From contig MU053758.1 of NCBI GenBank assembly GCA_013239625.1, forward strand, positions 1,736,001 to 1,800,000: DNA of 64,000 nucleotides, in the 5' to 3' direction. The DNA comes from Lama guanicoe (lineage: Eukaryota). The notes beneath the pieces were generated by a model. That model was given only the letters and a program-made list of their open reading frames with translations. It did no database searches and had not been told where the DNA came from. Made by a program: the position numbers and the translations under genes. The first letter of the stretch is position 1, and each line of letters starts with the position of its first letter. Shown here in pieces: positions 37,411-50,899 of this stretch.

Positions 37411-38230
37411 GGAACCGCCCGGGGGGGTGCCCGCTGCGGGGGCCCTGGTCCCAGCGGCGGGATGCCCTGGCTGCCCGAAGAGCCCACGGGCGAGGGGAAC
37501 ATCGCCCCCCCTCGACGGGGAGGTCTCTGCTCACGGGCGCCCCCGGCCCGCAACCCTGGGCCGCTAAGCTTTGGCTCCCTCTTCGATCTCGTCACGCGGC
37601 CTCCCGGCGGCCGGACTCCTGGGTCCCTGCGAGTCCTGGCGCGGTCGGCCGCCCTTCCTGCCGCCGCGATTTCTGCGTAGCCCGGGCGGGAGCCCCTCTC
37701 GAGCTGCCCGGAGCGCAGAGGCTGGGGAAACAAAGCGGCCGGCGGCCGCGGGAGGCGGGAAGGACCCCGGGCCCGGCACCCGGTGCCCGGGCCCAGGCGG
37801 CGGGGAGGGCGCCTTCCGCCCGCTCGGCTTCTTTCTTCCCCGCTGGCTCCCGGAGACCGCGTTATAGAGAACTGCCCCCTCGCTGCCCCAATACCAGCGC
37901 CGGGGCCGCGAGCCCGCAGCTGATTGGGCGGCACTGCCTGTGACGTTGGCCGGGACCCCACCCCTCTAGCGGCACCGCCCCCGTCCCCATTCCGCACACA
38001 GACACACACACGTGGACCCGGCGCGGCGGAGGCTGGGAGGGAGGGAAGAAGGGTGAGTGCGCGGGTGGGATCGCGAGGGGCGAAATGCGCCGCTGCATGT
38101 GGCTCAGTGGCGTGCTGGTGTTTAGTCGGTGCAAAGCACTTCATTTTTTCCTTAGCAGTCATGGTTTTCGCATCCGTAAAATGGGAATGTTCGCAACTAC
38201 CCTTTTGGGGCTACGCGAATCAACATAGGT
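36290..38230. promoter_or_regulatory. CpG island and EPOP promoter
   Basis: Dense CpG; minus-strand TATA-like tctctataac (37861-37870), CCAAT boxes near 37888 and 37922, TGACGT at 37941. Confidence 0.85.
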
Positions 38231-40246
38231 GAATCTCAAAGACAAAGCTGAAGGGAAAGAGGAAAAGAGATTGTTTAGAAGCTTTGCACAGCAGGCACTC
38301 CTGCGGGCAGAGAATGTACACCCCCCCCGTTTCAGTCGCCTAGAACAGTGCCTGGCACATAGTGGGCTCAATAACTGTTGAATGACTAGTTAGGAATTAT
38401 GTAAGTCTGTGCGAGATGAAAAAAGGAAGAAAAATTCCGAGACGGGGAGTATTATATCCACGGAAGACGATAAATAGACTTTCTCAGCACCTGTTTCCAT
38501 TTCTGATTTAGTTTCTAAATGGCCCCTTGACTAAATTCTCAGGGGATGGCTCTGCAAGGGCTCTGCAGCCCCTCTCAAATTCCAAGACTCTGCTCTCTGA
38601 GGCCTGAACTGCCAAAGTGGGTTGAGGAGACCAGAGGAGGGGACACACAGACCCTCACTCTTATCTCCCCTAGGGAGAGTAAGCAAAGAAATAGTGAATT
38701 CCAATTAAAATTCTGATAATGGAGGACCAGCCCTGGCAGCACGTTCTATCCTCTTACCTTTCTTTAGTTTCTGTAGAGCTTACCGTTACATGAAGGTTTG
38801 TGAGTGTATTTATTCTTTATTGCCTGTCTCTCCCATTAGTCTGGAAATGAGATAATGAGAACTTTGTCTTAGTCACTACTGCATCCCCTCTGCCTACAAC
38901 AGTGCCCACACATAATAGGTGTTCAATATATATTTGTAGTGAATGAATGAATTCCCAGGATATTTCTCTCTTGATAAAAATCAGACTATTGGAATACGGC
39001 TGCCTCTCATTCCCAGAAATACAGAGAGATTGGTATGATGACATGGAGACAGGGTGTGTCTGTGTGTGGACAAGGGGTGGTCACAGAGAGCAATATCTCA
39101 TTCTGGGGCAGCTGTAAGAGAGGGTTTCTGTCAGGGTACAAATAATGCAGTTTGCTTCCTGGTCCCTCTGATGGTGACAACAGAAGCATTGTTTCCCTAC
39201 ATGTCATCATATAACATTTGGGAGAAAAGAGATCAAGAAGGTCTGCCTCCCCTGCATCCCTTTTGCAGAGGCCAAAGGTAAAGACCCTGAGGTGGGACTG
39301 GGGTCTGAGGAACAAAGGGATGTGGTGTTCTATTGCTCAGAATACTACCCTGCTTGCTAGCATCTTCTGCAGAAGTCTTCAGAGAAGTTGTCATAAGGTG
39401 GCATCCTAGGGTCTTGCTAGGTCTAAGTTCCAGCATACCTGAGTGCCAAGAGCCCTGCCCTCCACATACACACATGAGGAAAGTTCTGGAAGGATGATGA
39501 TCTTCACAGCTGTCTCTTCTGGTGCACAGTGCTGAAAACTTTCACCCAGAGACAGGAGTGCCAGATTTCTTTTACTTTGAGGGCAGAGGGCATGTGCTTC
39601 AATCTGACCCTACTCCAGCCTCTTTGCAGCTGAGATGCCTGAGCAGTGGGCTTAAGCCCCACCTGCAGGAACCAGACTGGGAAGCTCCTTTTATCCCCTA
39701 GAGTCTCACTCATATTTGCATCCTTGTGCCCAGCACAGTGTTGACACAAGGTGAAAACATTAAAAAAAAATTGGGGGTATGAATAAATGAATGAAACTTA
39801 TGTAATAATGCAGATGAACAGGCTTCTCTCTCTCCCACTCCGAAAGCCACCAGTCCCACAAATCTGAGTTTAAGGGCTTTACTGGGAGTTATTAGCATAG
39901 AGAGTCCTCCCCTGGAGGAGGAATTCCCTCCACATCCACTTTCCCTTCTTCTTCCTTGAATCGGACACCCCAGAATATAGCCCAGATGTGAAAGCTTTTT
40001 GTGAGCACAAAGCGCTATACAAACAGTAAAGGTTAGTAGGAGTAACTCTCTAGCTGAAAGGACCTGGAGTCATTGAGCCTCTGTTGTCAGAGGACTTAGA
40101 CCGGGGATGCCAGCTATGCCACCCTGGGCATATCACCTGGACACTCTGAGTCTCAAAGTCGCTATCAGTGAAAAAGCACAACAGTAGTTTGCTCACCTCG
40201 TTGTCAGGAGGGTGGAAAAACGATGTGAGCTGGCTGACCCAGCTGT

Positions 40247-40280
40247 CGCAATTCCCATTGCCTACAGTAGAGGGCACTAG
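40247..40280 (+). promoter_or_regulatory. CTCF-like site with upstream module
   Basis: cgcaattcccattgcctacagtagagggcactag. Confidence 0.55.
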
Positions 40281-40682
40281 ATCCCGTCTTCAGCCTGCGG
40301 GAGGAGGAGGCAGCAGAAACTTCTCATAGGAGAAAAAGATGGACGAGGCTGGATGCCGGGTCCCATCTGACACCTCCGGAATAAGAGACAAGAAAGGCCC
40401 CTGGAGACCTAGAAGCCTTGCTTCCCTCTCCGTGGCCCATCTCAGTCTCACCCAAAGGACTATGTTGAAGGATTTGGGAGCAAGGGACCTGCCCACTTTC
40501 CCCAGTTTCCCCTAGGGGTAGGGAGCTGGCCCCAGATGTCCAACCCAATAATTTCCACAGCACTGATGACATTCCAGTCTCTGATCCCCGTAATAAATTC
40601 TACGAGGTAGATACTTTTAATTTAAAAAAATTTATATACTATATAGAACCCATTTGAAGTGTCCAATTCAGTGATTTTTTTA

Positions 40683-40822
40683 GGGAGGAGGGTAGAGCTC
40701 AAGTGGTAGAGCGCATGCTTGGCATGCACGAGGTCCGGGGTTCAATCCCAGTACCTCCTCCAAATACAAACAAATAAATAAACCTAATTACCTCCCCCTC
40801 ATAAAACAAACCAACAGAAAAA
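40683..40822 (+). mobile_element. tRNA-derived SINE
   Basis: agctcaagtggtagagcgcatgc...ggttcaatcccagtacc...aaacctaattacctcccc. Confidence 0.85.
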
Positions 40823-41605
40823 GCAATCCAGTGGCTTTTTAGTAAACGTATAGAGTCATATAACCATTATAACAATTCAGTTTTATTGCTGGGTAGTATC
40901 CCATGGTAGGGATATACCACATTTTCTTTATCCAATCACATTTGGCTTGTTTCTACTGTTTGATTATTCTCAGTAATACTGTGATGAACGTTGGCATACA
41001 AATCTCTTTGTGGACATGTTTTCATTTCTCTTGAGTAGATAGTTAAGAATAAAATTGCCAGGTCAAAGGGTAAATATACATTGAACTTTTAAAGAAATTG
41101 CCAAGCTGTTTTCCAAACTGGCTATATCATTTTACATTCCTACTAACACCCATGTTGTAAATAAGGAAAGTGAGGGACGGAGATGCTAAGTGATTTGCCT
41201 GAGTTCACACTGCCAGCAAATGTCAGAGTCTGCTGGGTCCCAGGTCCATGTTCATTATCATGAGTCTGCCCCTAAGATGATGAATCTATGAGGGAAGCCA
41301 TTCCTCAGCTCACCACACCATGGCCACCACCATCTTTTTTCATCTTGCTTTCAAAATTCCCTAAGTCGGACTGTGCCAACCAAGAGAGCTATATCCCCCT
41401 CTAACCAACACCCACATTTTGCTCTGGAAATCTGCAGAGGTTAATAACTTAACTTCTGAACTCAGTTGGGTGTCTTCATATTCCAGACTCATCCTTTTAC
41501 CAGCTGTGGGATTTGGGGGCAAGTTACTTAACCTCTGGTTTAGTTTCCTCATCTGTAAAACAGAAAGAGCATCTTCCTTCATGCAATTTAAAAAAGTGGT
41601 TTATT

Positions 41606-41780
41606 GGGGGGGGAGTAAGTATATATAGCTCAAGTGGTAGAGCGCATGCTTAGCATGCACAAGGCTCTGGGTTCAATCCCCAGTACCTCCTCTAAAAATA
41701 AATAAATGAATAAGCCTAGTTCCCCCCACCAAAATAAATAAATAAGAAATAAATTTTTTAAAAATAAAATAAAAAATAAT
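41606..41780 (+). mobile_element. tRNA-derived SINE
   Basis: tatagctcaagtggtagagcgcatgcttagcatgcac...gggttcaatccccagtacc, A-rich tail. Confidence 0.85.
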
Positions 41781-44700
41781 TTATTATGGAAAATTTCAAA
41801 CTATACAAAAGTAAACAGAGAAGTATAAAGAACTTCCATGCACCCAACACTCAACACTGACCAACACATGGCCAATCTTGTTTCATCTTTATCCTCATCC
41901 ATTTTCTTCCCTACTCCCATTTTTTAAAAACCAACTTTACTGAGATACGATTGACATACAATAAAATGTACTAAGTGTACAGTTTGAATATTTTTCACAA
42001 GTGAATATACCTGTGTAATCATCACAATTAAGGTATAGAACATGTCCTATGTTATCTTGAAGAAAATCCCAGACATCATGTCATTTCACTTCCAAATATT
42101 TGAATACATATTGTTACAAGATAAGGACCCCTGAAAATAAACATAACCCCAACCCTATTATTAAACTGAAAAAGAATTAACAGCCATCCTTTAACTTCAT
42201 CAAACAGCCAGTCAGTGTTCATATTTCCAATTATCTTAAAATGTTTTTTCTCTGCAATTTATTTAGTTTGTTTGAATTAGGTACCAAGGGAGGATTTCAA
42301 GTGGTTGCTATGTCTCTTAACTTTCTTTTAATCTATAAGTTCCTCCTTCTTGTCTTTTTATTTTCTTCTTGCAACTTACTTATTCCATGAAGACATCAGA
42401 TTGTCATCTAGATTTCCTGCAGTCTGGAATTTACTGATTGCATCCCCATGAGTTGCATTTAATTAAGCAACATTTATTCAATAATATTTATTAAGCATCT
42501 ACTATGTATAGGATTGCCAAATAGCACAAAAAATACAGAATATATACTAAAACAATTATTTATTGGTAATTCAGATTCCTCTGGCAACCTTACCTATATG
42601 GCGATGTAACACTAGAGACACAGTGGTGCATAAGACAGGCAAATCCCACCCCACCTTGAGGAGTTTGTGTTCTGGTAAACTAGGCGGAGCTAAGTAATAT
42701 ACCAGCAGACAATGTTCCTTCTGGGAACATTGTGAGTATTAAAAGAGAAACCCACATGTTTAGTGCATGGTCCAGGGAGGCCCTTGATAAATGCAGGTGC
42801 TCTTGGCAGTAGCTTAGCCTTATCCCCTTCTGTTTCTTCCCTTTTCCATCCCTGCTCCACATCCCCCCAAGAGCTACTCCAGGCTTGCCCACCTCCTGCC
42901 ATACTTCCTCCGCCTGTCTATAGTAAGATCATTTATCTTTTCACCCCACAGTCCTGAGCACCTCCCTTGTTGCAAGCCTCAGACCAGGGACCAGGCCCCG
43001 GGGAATCAGAGGCAATGGGAACACAAGCTGGTGAGAGAGATGGACATTATAAGCTAATCTCAGAAGCAGCAATAAAAGGATGACCACGGTCCTTGAAATG
43101 GTTGAGGTGGGGGTGATGGTAGAAGAGGAAAGTCTTTTCATAGAAGGTCATCATTCACTTGGGCTCTAAAGGATGAACAGGAGTACACAGAGGAGGCATG
43201 GGAGAATCCCAGCTGAGGAAAGAGAATGGGCAAGGAACAGAAGCAAGCAAGTCCCTGTCCTGTGTGCCGCCAATGACCAGGCGTCCAGATCTGTCCCTCC
43301 TGCTAAGTAGGTGGCTTAGCCAACTACCTCCACCTCCTGCATCGGTACTGTGCCATCGGCCCTCTGAGAGTCATCCCTTATTTCTCTTGCAGGGCCAACC
43401 CCATCAGCACATCTCTCCCATTAAAGAGCCAAATCTTTCCTTGACTGCATAGGCTCCAGCCCCCATCCCTCTCTTCTCCCCTTCACAGCCTAACTTCCCC
43501 AAGAGCTGTCGACACCCTGCCTCCCTTTTCTCACTTCCTTCTTCCTCCTCAGCCCCCTTCCAGTGGCCTCCATCTCCTCAAAACCAACAGGCTCTCATCA
43601 GCCCTCCCATATTGACCTCTCAACAGTCTCCCACATGATTGGCCACTTCCTCTTTCTAGGAGCTTTCTAGTCCCTTGCCTTCTGGGCACGTCGCTGTCCT
43701 GGTGGCCTCCTGCCCCACTAGCTGCTCCTTCTCGGTTTTCTGCCCAGGCTTATTCTTCCCTCCTCAACATCAGGGCTCCTTAAGTCTCTCCCAGAACCTC
43801 CCTCTTCTCTCTCTGGATGCCCTTCTGTGTTGGCCACACAGTTGCCATCTGGCATCCCAGCCCTCTTGGCCTCTACACCAGGTGTTTCAAAAGCCCTCTA
43901 AACCCAACCTGTCTCAAACCATCAGAGACCTGCCTCCTCTGCCACATGTTCTGCTACCAGGGAACCCTGTTCCGATGGATGGCTCCTCCATCCCCCACTT
44001 CCACAGCCAGAAACCTGGGCATCATCCTGGCACCTCTGAGCCAGTGCCTCAGCAAGTCCCATCCCACTTCTGCTTCCCCCACCTCTATTCTGCCCCGCCT
44101 TGCCCCAGCGGCACCCCCACACCCCACCATGCCCTTGATATAGCCACCAGTGATCTTCCTAAACCATAGATTGGATTGTGTTACCCTTTGCTCAAAACCT
44201 TTTGATGGCTCCCCATTGCTCCCAGGATGAAGAGTGAAACCAGTAACTTGGCTTACAGGTAGGTTACAACCATAGCCTGATAGCCCGACCCACAGGTCCT
44301 TCCTGGAACCGGGGGACAGGTTCCTTCACCTTCCACCTCCCCTGTGCTGTCCTCTCTCCCTTCAGCCACTCAGGCCCCCTTTCCTTGCCTAAGCAACCAG
44401 ATCCTTCCTCTCCCTCCCTTAGCACATACTGTTCCTTCTAACTGTACTCTTTCACCCCACCTCCTTTCTCCTGTGACTGGCCCACATCTGCTTCTATTCA
44501 GAGCTCCACTGATTCATTCCTTCCTGGGAGAAAAACCACTCCCCATCCTTCCAGACTGTGACCAGGTCAGCTTCCATCATCATCCCTGCTCAAGACCTTG
44601 GGTACCTTTCCCTCAAAGCATTTTCATCCGCTTGTCACCTTCTACTTGTTAGAATGATTAATTGATTATTCACCTCTCTGCTACCACACTCTGCATTTCA

Positions 44701-45707
44701 AGGGCCACATTAATTTTTTGCCTTAGCTGAGTGACTAGCAGGTAATCGGCACTCAAATACATATAAAATATCTTTTTTATTACACATATTTCAACCTAAA
44801 GAGAAGTAGAGGATAGTAAAATGACCCTCCATATGCCCATTGTCTAGATGAGTAATTATGTTAGTAACTATTAACATTTTAGTATATTTATCATTTTTGC
44901 TGAAATATTTTAAAGTGATTTCAAGTTTGCATGACAGTTCAACCTTAAGTACTTCAGGAAGTTTTCTTGCTACAATATTATGATCATCCCTTGCAAAATT
45001 AACAATCATCCCATAGATTTTCTAATACCCAGCCCATATGCAAAATTCTCTAATTGTCCCCCTAAAATGCTTTTTTTAAAATTATTTTTATTGAAGTATC
45101 ATTGATGCACCATATCATGTAAGTTACAGGGGTACAATATAACAATTCCCAACGTTTAAAGGTGAGACTCCATTTATAGTTATAAAATATTGGCTATATT
45201 CCCTGTGTTGGATGGGAAGAATCCACTTTTAAGCTCACAGGATTGTTGGCAAAATGCTTTTTGGTTTGTTCCAACCAGGATCTAAATAAGGTCCACACGT
45301 TGCATTTGGTTATGTCTTCAGTCTCATTTAAATCTAGAATAGTCTTTCTTCCCCTTCCATGCTATTGAGTTGTTGAATTGCTAAAGTATTTAAAGTAATC
45401 ATTTCCCACCTTATAGATTTCTCTGATTGCTTCCTCATGGTGGTATTTACCCTGTATTTCCTGTAAACTGCAAATGAGTTCTACAGGCTGGATTAGATTC
45501 AGATTTTGACAACACTCTAGCAAAAACACCTCCTGGGTGCTGATGCTTCTTCCTCATGCTCTAAGTCGGGGTGTCCTCAGTGTCTGAGCTCCAGTCTTGG
45601 TGATGGAACATTGCTGATTGGTACGTCCCTTTAAAAAAAGTTGCATTGTCTTCCTTTAGAGCCAGCAAGTAATCTGGGGGACGATATTTTGGCATGATTA
45701 TGTTTTT

Positions 45708-45869
45708 TTTAATATTTTATTTATTTATTATTGTATTATTTAATTACTTTATTTTGGTATAGGGGGAAGTAATTGGGTTTGTTTATTTTTGGAGGAGGTA
45801 CTGGGGATTGAACCCAGGACCTTGTGCATGCTAAGCATGTGCTCTACCACTTGAGCTATACCCTCCCCC
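45708..45869 (-). mobile_element. tRNA-derived SINE
   Basis: TSD tggcatgattatgttttt at 45690-45707 and 45870-45887. Confidence 0.9.
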
Positions 45870-48800
45870 TGGCATGATTATGTTTTTAATAAATAAAGCA
45901 GGTCAGTGTGGCTGAACAGGTGTGAGGACAGGAACCAGAATTCAAAGGTCCAAAGGCCTTGATAAGAAATGTGGACTGTATCCTGCAGGATGGGGAATTA
46001 TGGACCACTTTTAAGCAAAGGAAATCACATGATTAGACTTGGTTAGAGGGAGGAGTGGGAAATCGTGAAAGGAATAGGGAACTAGCATTTCCTGAATGCT
46101 CAGCTTCAACTGACCCTATTCGAAGTGCTTGGCCTGCTGGATCTAAGTGAAATCTTCACTGGGTTTAAAAGGAAAAGCCCATTTTATAGGTAAGGAAGAT
46201 GGAGGCTCTCACTCGTTCGGTCACTCACCCAAGGTCATGGCAAGAGCTGGTGAAGTCCTAAAGGAGGCCAGTGACCATGAGCTTGGACAAGTATTTGGGA
46301 GGGAATCAGCAGCACTGGCCATCAACACGCTGTGAGAGGAGGGGAACTGAGAGCCCTGGCCGGAGTGAGACCTCCTGCAGGCTGTGGGTGGGACGCAGGA
46401 GGGGTCGGGTTAGCGGAGAAGATGACGAGCCCAGGTTCCCAACTGCCCAGATGTCTCCAAGCCACTCTCTTAAGAAATGGTGTTTATAACATGACCATGT
46501 CTGTAATTTGGCTTCCGGTGTGACTCGATAATTAGCTTAAGTTATCCCTCATTGGTGTTTCATTCAAAGCAAGGACACTATTCCATTCATTCTGACAAGG
46601 CCTGTTTTCCGAGAGTGTTACAGGGTGGGTGTGAACACGGCACAGTGCCTGCGTGTCTCTCTCTTGGCCCAAATGGGCCAGAGACGGATGTCAGGGAGTG
46701 TAGGGGCTGTCTGCTCTCTCAGGTAAAAACTGTGTCTCCGGAGCTTGGGGGTGTGGGCTCTCTCTCAGATAGGGGGCTTCCTAAGGGTGGGGTCCTGGAA
46801 CCTGCATAGTTAATGCCCAGAGATTGGGTCCAGGAATCACATAGAGGGTGCCATGATGAGGAAGATGCTTATGAAGGTCAGCTGGGAGGCAGCTGCCAAG
46901 GTTGGCTACAAGGATGCTCAGGGCTGAAAAAGGGCTGTGTTCAAGGGAAACAAGGAAACTTTAATTTCAGAGGTGTTGACAAGGTAGACTTTATGGGACT
47001 TGGTAGTTGACTCAGAAGGTGGAAGAGAAACAGAGTTGAGGAGGACACTTGGGGTTTTGTCTCAGAAGAGGTGGAGGCCATTCACTAATGTAAGATCTGC
47101 AAGAGGAGGGGCAGGTCCAGGGATGGGCAGATGCTGAATTCAGTTTTGGTCTCAGTTCCTAGGAACCAAATCAAAGTGACTGTGGTCTGAGGAGACCTGG
47201 GAAAGTTGGGCTGGGACTGGAGAGCCGTCAGGACCAAGTCATAGGCACACGGATCAAGACAGAAACTACAAGACATGGATAAGCATTTCCAGAGAAAGTC
47301 ACATAGATCCAGAGGAGGACCCCTCCTGCCACGGGAAGGGCAGGGGAAAGGACCCCAGCAAAAGTGCAAAGGCAGCTGAGAAATATGAGACACGCAGGGC
47401 GCGGTCATGGGGGAAGCTGCCATGGAGAGGTTGGACGATGAAGGAGGAGCTACTGGCCTTTGTGATTCTGAGATAAACCAGTCAGGGGTCTGGGAAACTG
47501 ACTTCAGCTTCTTAGCAAAAACAGAGAAGTGGGAGGGATCACCTGGAGGTGGAGCCCCGGAAGCCAAAAGCACAGGTGTTTCAGCAGGAATAGGCACAGG
47601 ACCCAAAACCCACTGGGCACCATGAGCAAAGCCATCAAGAGGGTCCCCCAGCAGCCTCTGCCCTGGTCCCTTGCTCCTCAGAGCAGAGAGTGAAGGCCCC
47701 GGAGTGGTGAGACTACGTCCAGTGCCCACACCCCAGTGCCCAGGGCACTGAGACAGAGGCTGCGAATTCCTCTCTTCAGCTCTTCCAGTAAATAGTTACT
47801 GAGCACCTGGTATGTGCCAGGCACAGCTCTAGGCCCTTGGATATGGCAATAACAACAACAAAATACAGGCACAAACCCCACGAAGATGCTTGCCTTCATG
47901 GCACTGACAAGAGAGGGGAAAGACTGACCATAAACACAGACATAAATACGTGGATAATGTAGAAGGTTAAGGACAAAGAAAACATAGAAGGAAGATTGGG
48001 AGTGGTGGGGAAGGGTACAGACTGCCATTTAAATGAGGTGGTCAAGAAGGGCCTGATGGAGAAGGCAGGATATGCCGGGGTGCACAGGAAGCGATGCAGC
48101 CATAGAACACGAGAGTGAGGGGAAGAGTGGAGATGAAGCCAGAGGGGCGGGGACAGCAGACTGACCGCCCTGAGGAACTTGTCAGCTGCTGTAAGGACTC
48201 CGCTTCCCTCTGAGCGCAGTGGGAACTCCTGAAGGACCTGGAGCCCAGGAGTGACCTGATATGTTACAGTTTAAGGGGACCACTCTGGCCACTGTATGGG
48301 GAACAGATGACGAGGGTGAGGATGGAGGCAGGCAGACAGATTAGGAAGCTACCACGATAATCCAGGGGAGAGAATAATGGTGGACGTGGTGGGGAGTCAT
48401 CAGATTCCATGTGTATTGTGACAGAAGAGGCATCAGGATCTGCTGACAGTGGATGTGGGAGGAACCAGAACTGATTCTAGGCTTTGGGCCTGAACAACTA
48501 GAAAACTCTAGCTGCCATCAGTTGAGATGGAGAAGGCTGCCGGTGAAGCAGTTGGCATGGGTGGGGTAGATGGAGAGTTCTAGAGTGGCTCCCCTGAGGG
48601 GGCGTTGCCCTGATACAGAAAGGGGGACACTGGACAGGCACAGCCTCCAGAATACATCCACAACAGGAGGTTACTGTTGACCTTTGGCAGAGCAATTTCA
48701 GCAAGGGCGAGGGGGTAAATGTAAGTTGTGTATGTGGCCTCCTGATTTACAAAGCAGAGCAGGGATGGGAGACAGAGGGAGGGAGAGATGAGGCCAGGGG

Positions 48801-49693
48801 GGTGGCCTTTTGGACACAGGTGGCCTGAGCCTATTTGGAGGCTGCAAGGAAAGAGGCAGGTGGGGGAGATTCTGCAGGTCAGGATAAAGTCTCCACAAGA
48901 GGGAGAGCATAGGCTCAGGCTCCAGGTGCTGAGGGCCTGGAATAGGGTCAAAAGGAGGGAAGGATTCCAGAGATGGTTTGGTTTGACAGAAGAGGCGGGC
49001 TGCAGACAGCAGGTGAGGAAAAGGAGGAGTCAGGCGTGACTCCAGGATTTTGACCCAACTCTGGCCATCCTGAAGGCCTTTCGTGTCTATCTCTGAGTCC
49101 AGGCGTCCTCATCTTCACCCCTCCAGCCCCCAGGCCTCACCCTGCCCCTGCCATGACCAAGGTCTGCCCCAGCCTGGCATCCTGAGCATGGCCTTATACC
49201 TGAACCTGAATCCACACAGCTGACTTCCTGACTTCTGCTGGGGTCACAACTGGGGGACACTGCTCACCCCACCTCACCCTTCTATTCTCCAGCCCTGAGG
49301 GCCTCCGTCTCCTGCTCTCCATCTGAGCCCCCCATCAGCCATGGTTTTGCTTCCTGTTTCAGAAAAAAATACAGTGCTGACTGAGAGAAGCCCATCACAG
49401 AAAAGAACGTAGTCTAAGGTTCCACTTTTATGAAGTGGAGGAAAACTAATCCATCGAGATCTGTGGGTGCTACAAATGGGATCAGTTTTGCCTGGGGCTG
49501 GGGGAATGACCACAGTGGGATATGAAGGAACTTCCTGGGGAGATGGAAATGTTCTATATCTCTATTGGGGTGGTGGTTACACGGTTGCATACATTAGTCA
49601 AAAGTCATCACTTACACACTTAAAGTGTATGCATTTTACTCTACATACATTATACCATAAAAAGTTGATTAAAAAATTGAAAACTAAAAAAAA

Positions 49694-49846
49694 TTTATTT
49701 TATTTTTATTTTCTTTATTTTGAAGGGGGGAAGTAATTAGGTTCATTTATTTATTTACTTACTTATGTAACGGAGGTACTGGGGATTAAACCCAGGACCT
49801 CATGCATGTAAAGCATGTACTCTACCACTGAGATATACCCTCCCTC
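49694..49846 (-). mobile_element. tRNA-derived SINE
   Basis: ggaggtactggggattaaacccaggacc...ctctaccactgagatataccc. Confidence 0.85.
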
Positions 49847-50899
49847 CAAAAAATTTTTTAAGGAGAAAATACATAGTATCAAGCAGAAAAAGCCTAGACA
49901 CACTCATCTGTCCCCATCTCTCACTTCCTCCCTTTTCTGGGGGAAGCAATACACCCGCTCTGGTCCACTCAAGCCCCTGTTCTGGAGACTGTCCAATAAA
50001 TGCCAGGCCACGCCTCCCTGACATTGCATCCTCCATGCTGTCCTGTCTCCTAGCTCACAGCCAAGTGCCTAGGAAGGATGTCTACACTCACACACTCTCT
50101 CTCTCATTCCTCACCCAATCTGCTAATACCTCATCCATCACACTGGACCAGTTGCCCCTCTCTGAGACACCTGCCCTGTGGGCCACTCCTGCCCTCCAGG
50201 GCACCACTTTTTTCCTGGAGTTCCTCCTCTGTCTCTGGACATTCCTTCTCATGTTCCTTGTCTGGATCCCCCCCTCTCTACCCTTTCTTAAATGCCGGTG
50301 TTCCCTGAGCCTCTGGCCTTGGCTTTCTTTGCTCTCTGCACGTGCATTGCTTCCCAGCGTGATCTCACCCATGCCAGGGCTTCAGTTACCATCTATTGCT
50401 GACAACACTCAAAGATACCTCTGAATATTTTTTCAGACTATCAAGGATATGACAGAAAAGGTAGACAGACTATTATGTATGCTTCAAAAGCATTTTACAA
50501 TTTTTAAAATAACATACATATCCAACCCTCTTCTGGGATGATCTACCAGACCTCAAATTCAGCAAGCCCCAAACTGAAATCATCAACTCTGTCCCAATTC
50601 TGCTCCTCCTCCTTTCTTCAGGAATCCAGTTATTTGAGACAGAAGTCACCCTCCATTCCATGACCACCAATTGTAAATTACCCCCTGCCCTTGATTTCAC
50701 CCCCTACATATTCCCTTTCTCCACCCTCACTGCCACTGTAGTCCAGGACCTCTTCCTTACTCCCAGAGATGTTCAAACACTCATCCGTTCACCCACTCAC
50801 TCTCAACAAGTATTAACTGAGCACTTACTATGTGCCAAACACTGATCCAGGTGCTTGAGATACAACAGGGAACACAACACATAAAAATCACTGCCCTGT

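Noticed and set aside
36190..37943. Long + strand ORFs (272, 217, 214 aa) over EPOP
   Set aside because: Antisense shadows in a stop-poor CpG island; low-complexity R/G/A content.
37503..38162. 5' part of the 337-aa minus-strand ORF
   Set aside because: Starts in MIR-like sequence upstream of the likely TSS; only the part from ATG 37502 is plausibly translated.
47085..47729. 214-aa minus-strand ORF
   Set aside because: Overlaps L2-like sequence; no recognisable homology or splice support.
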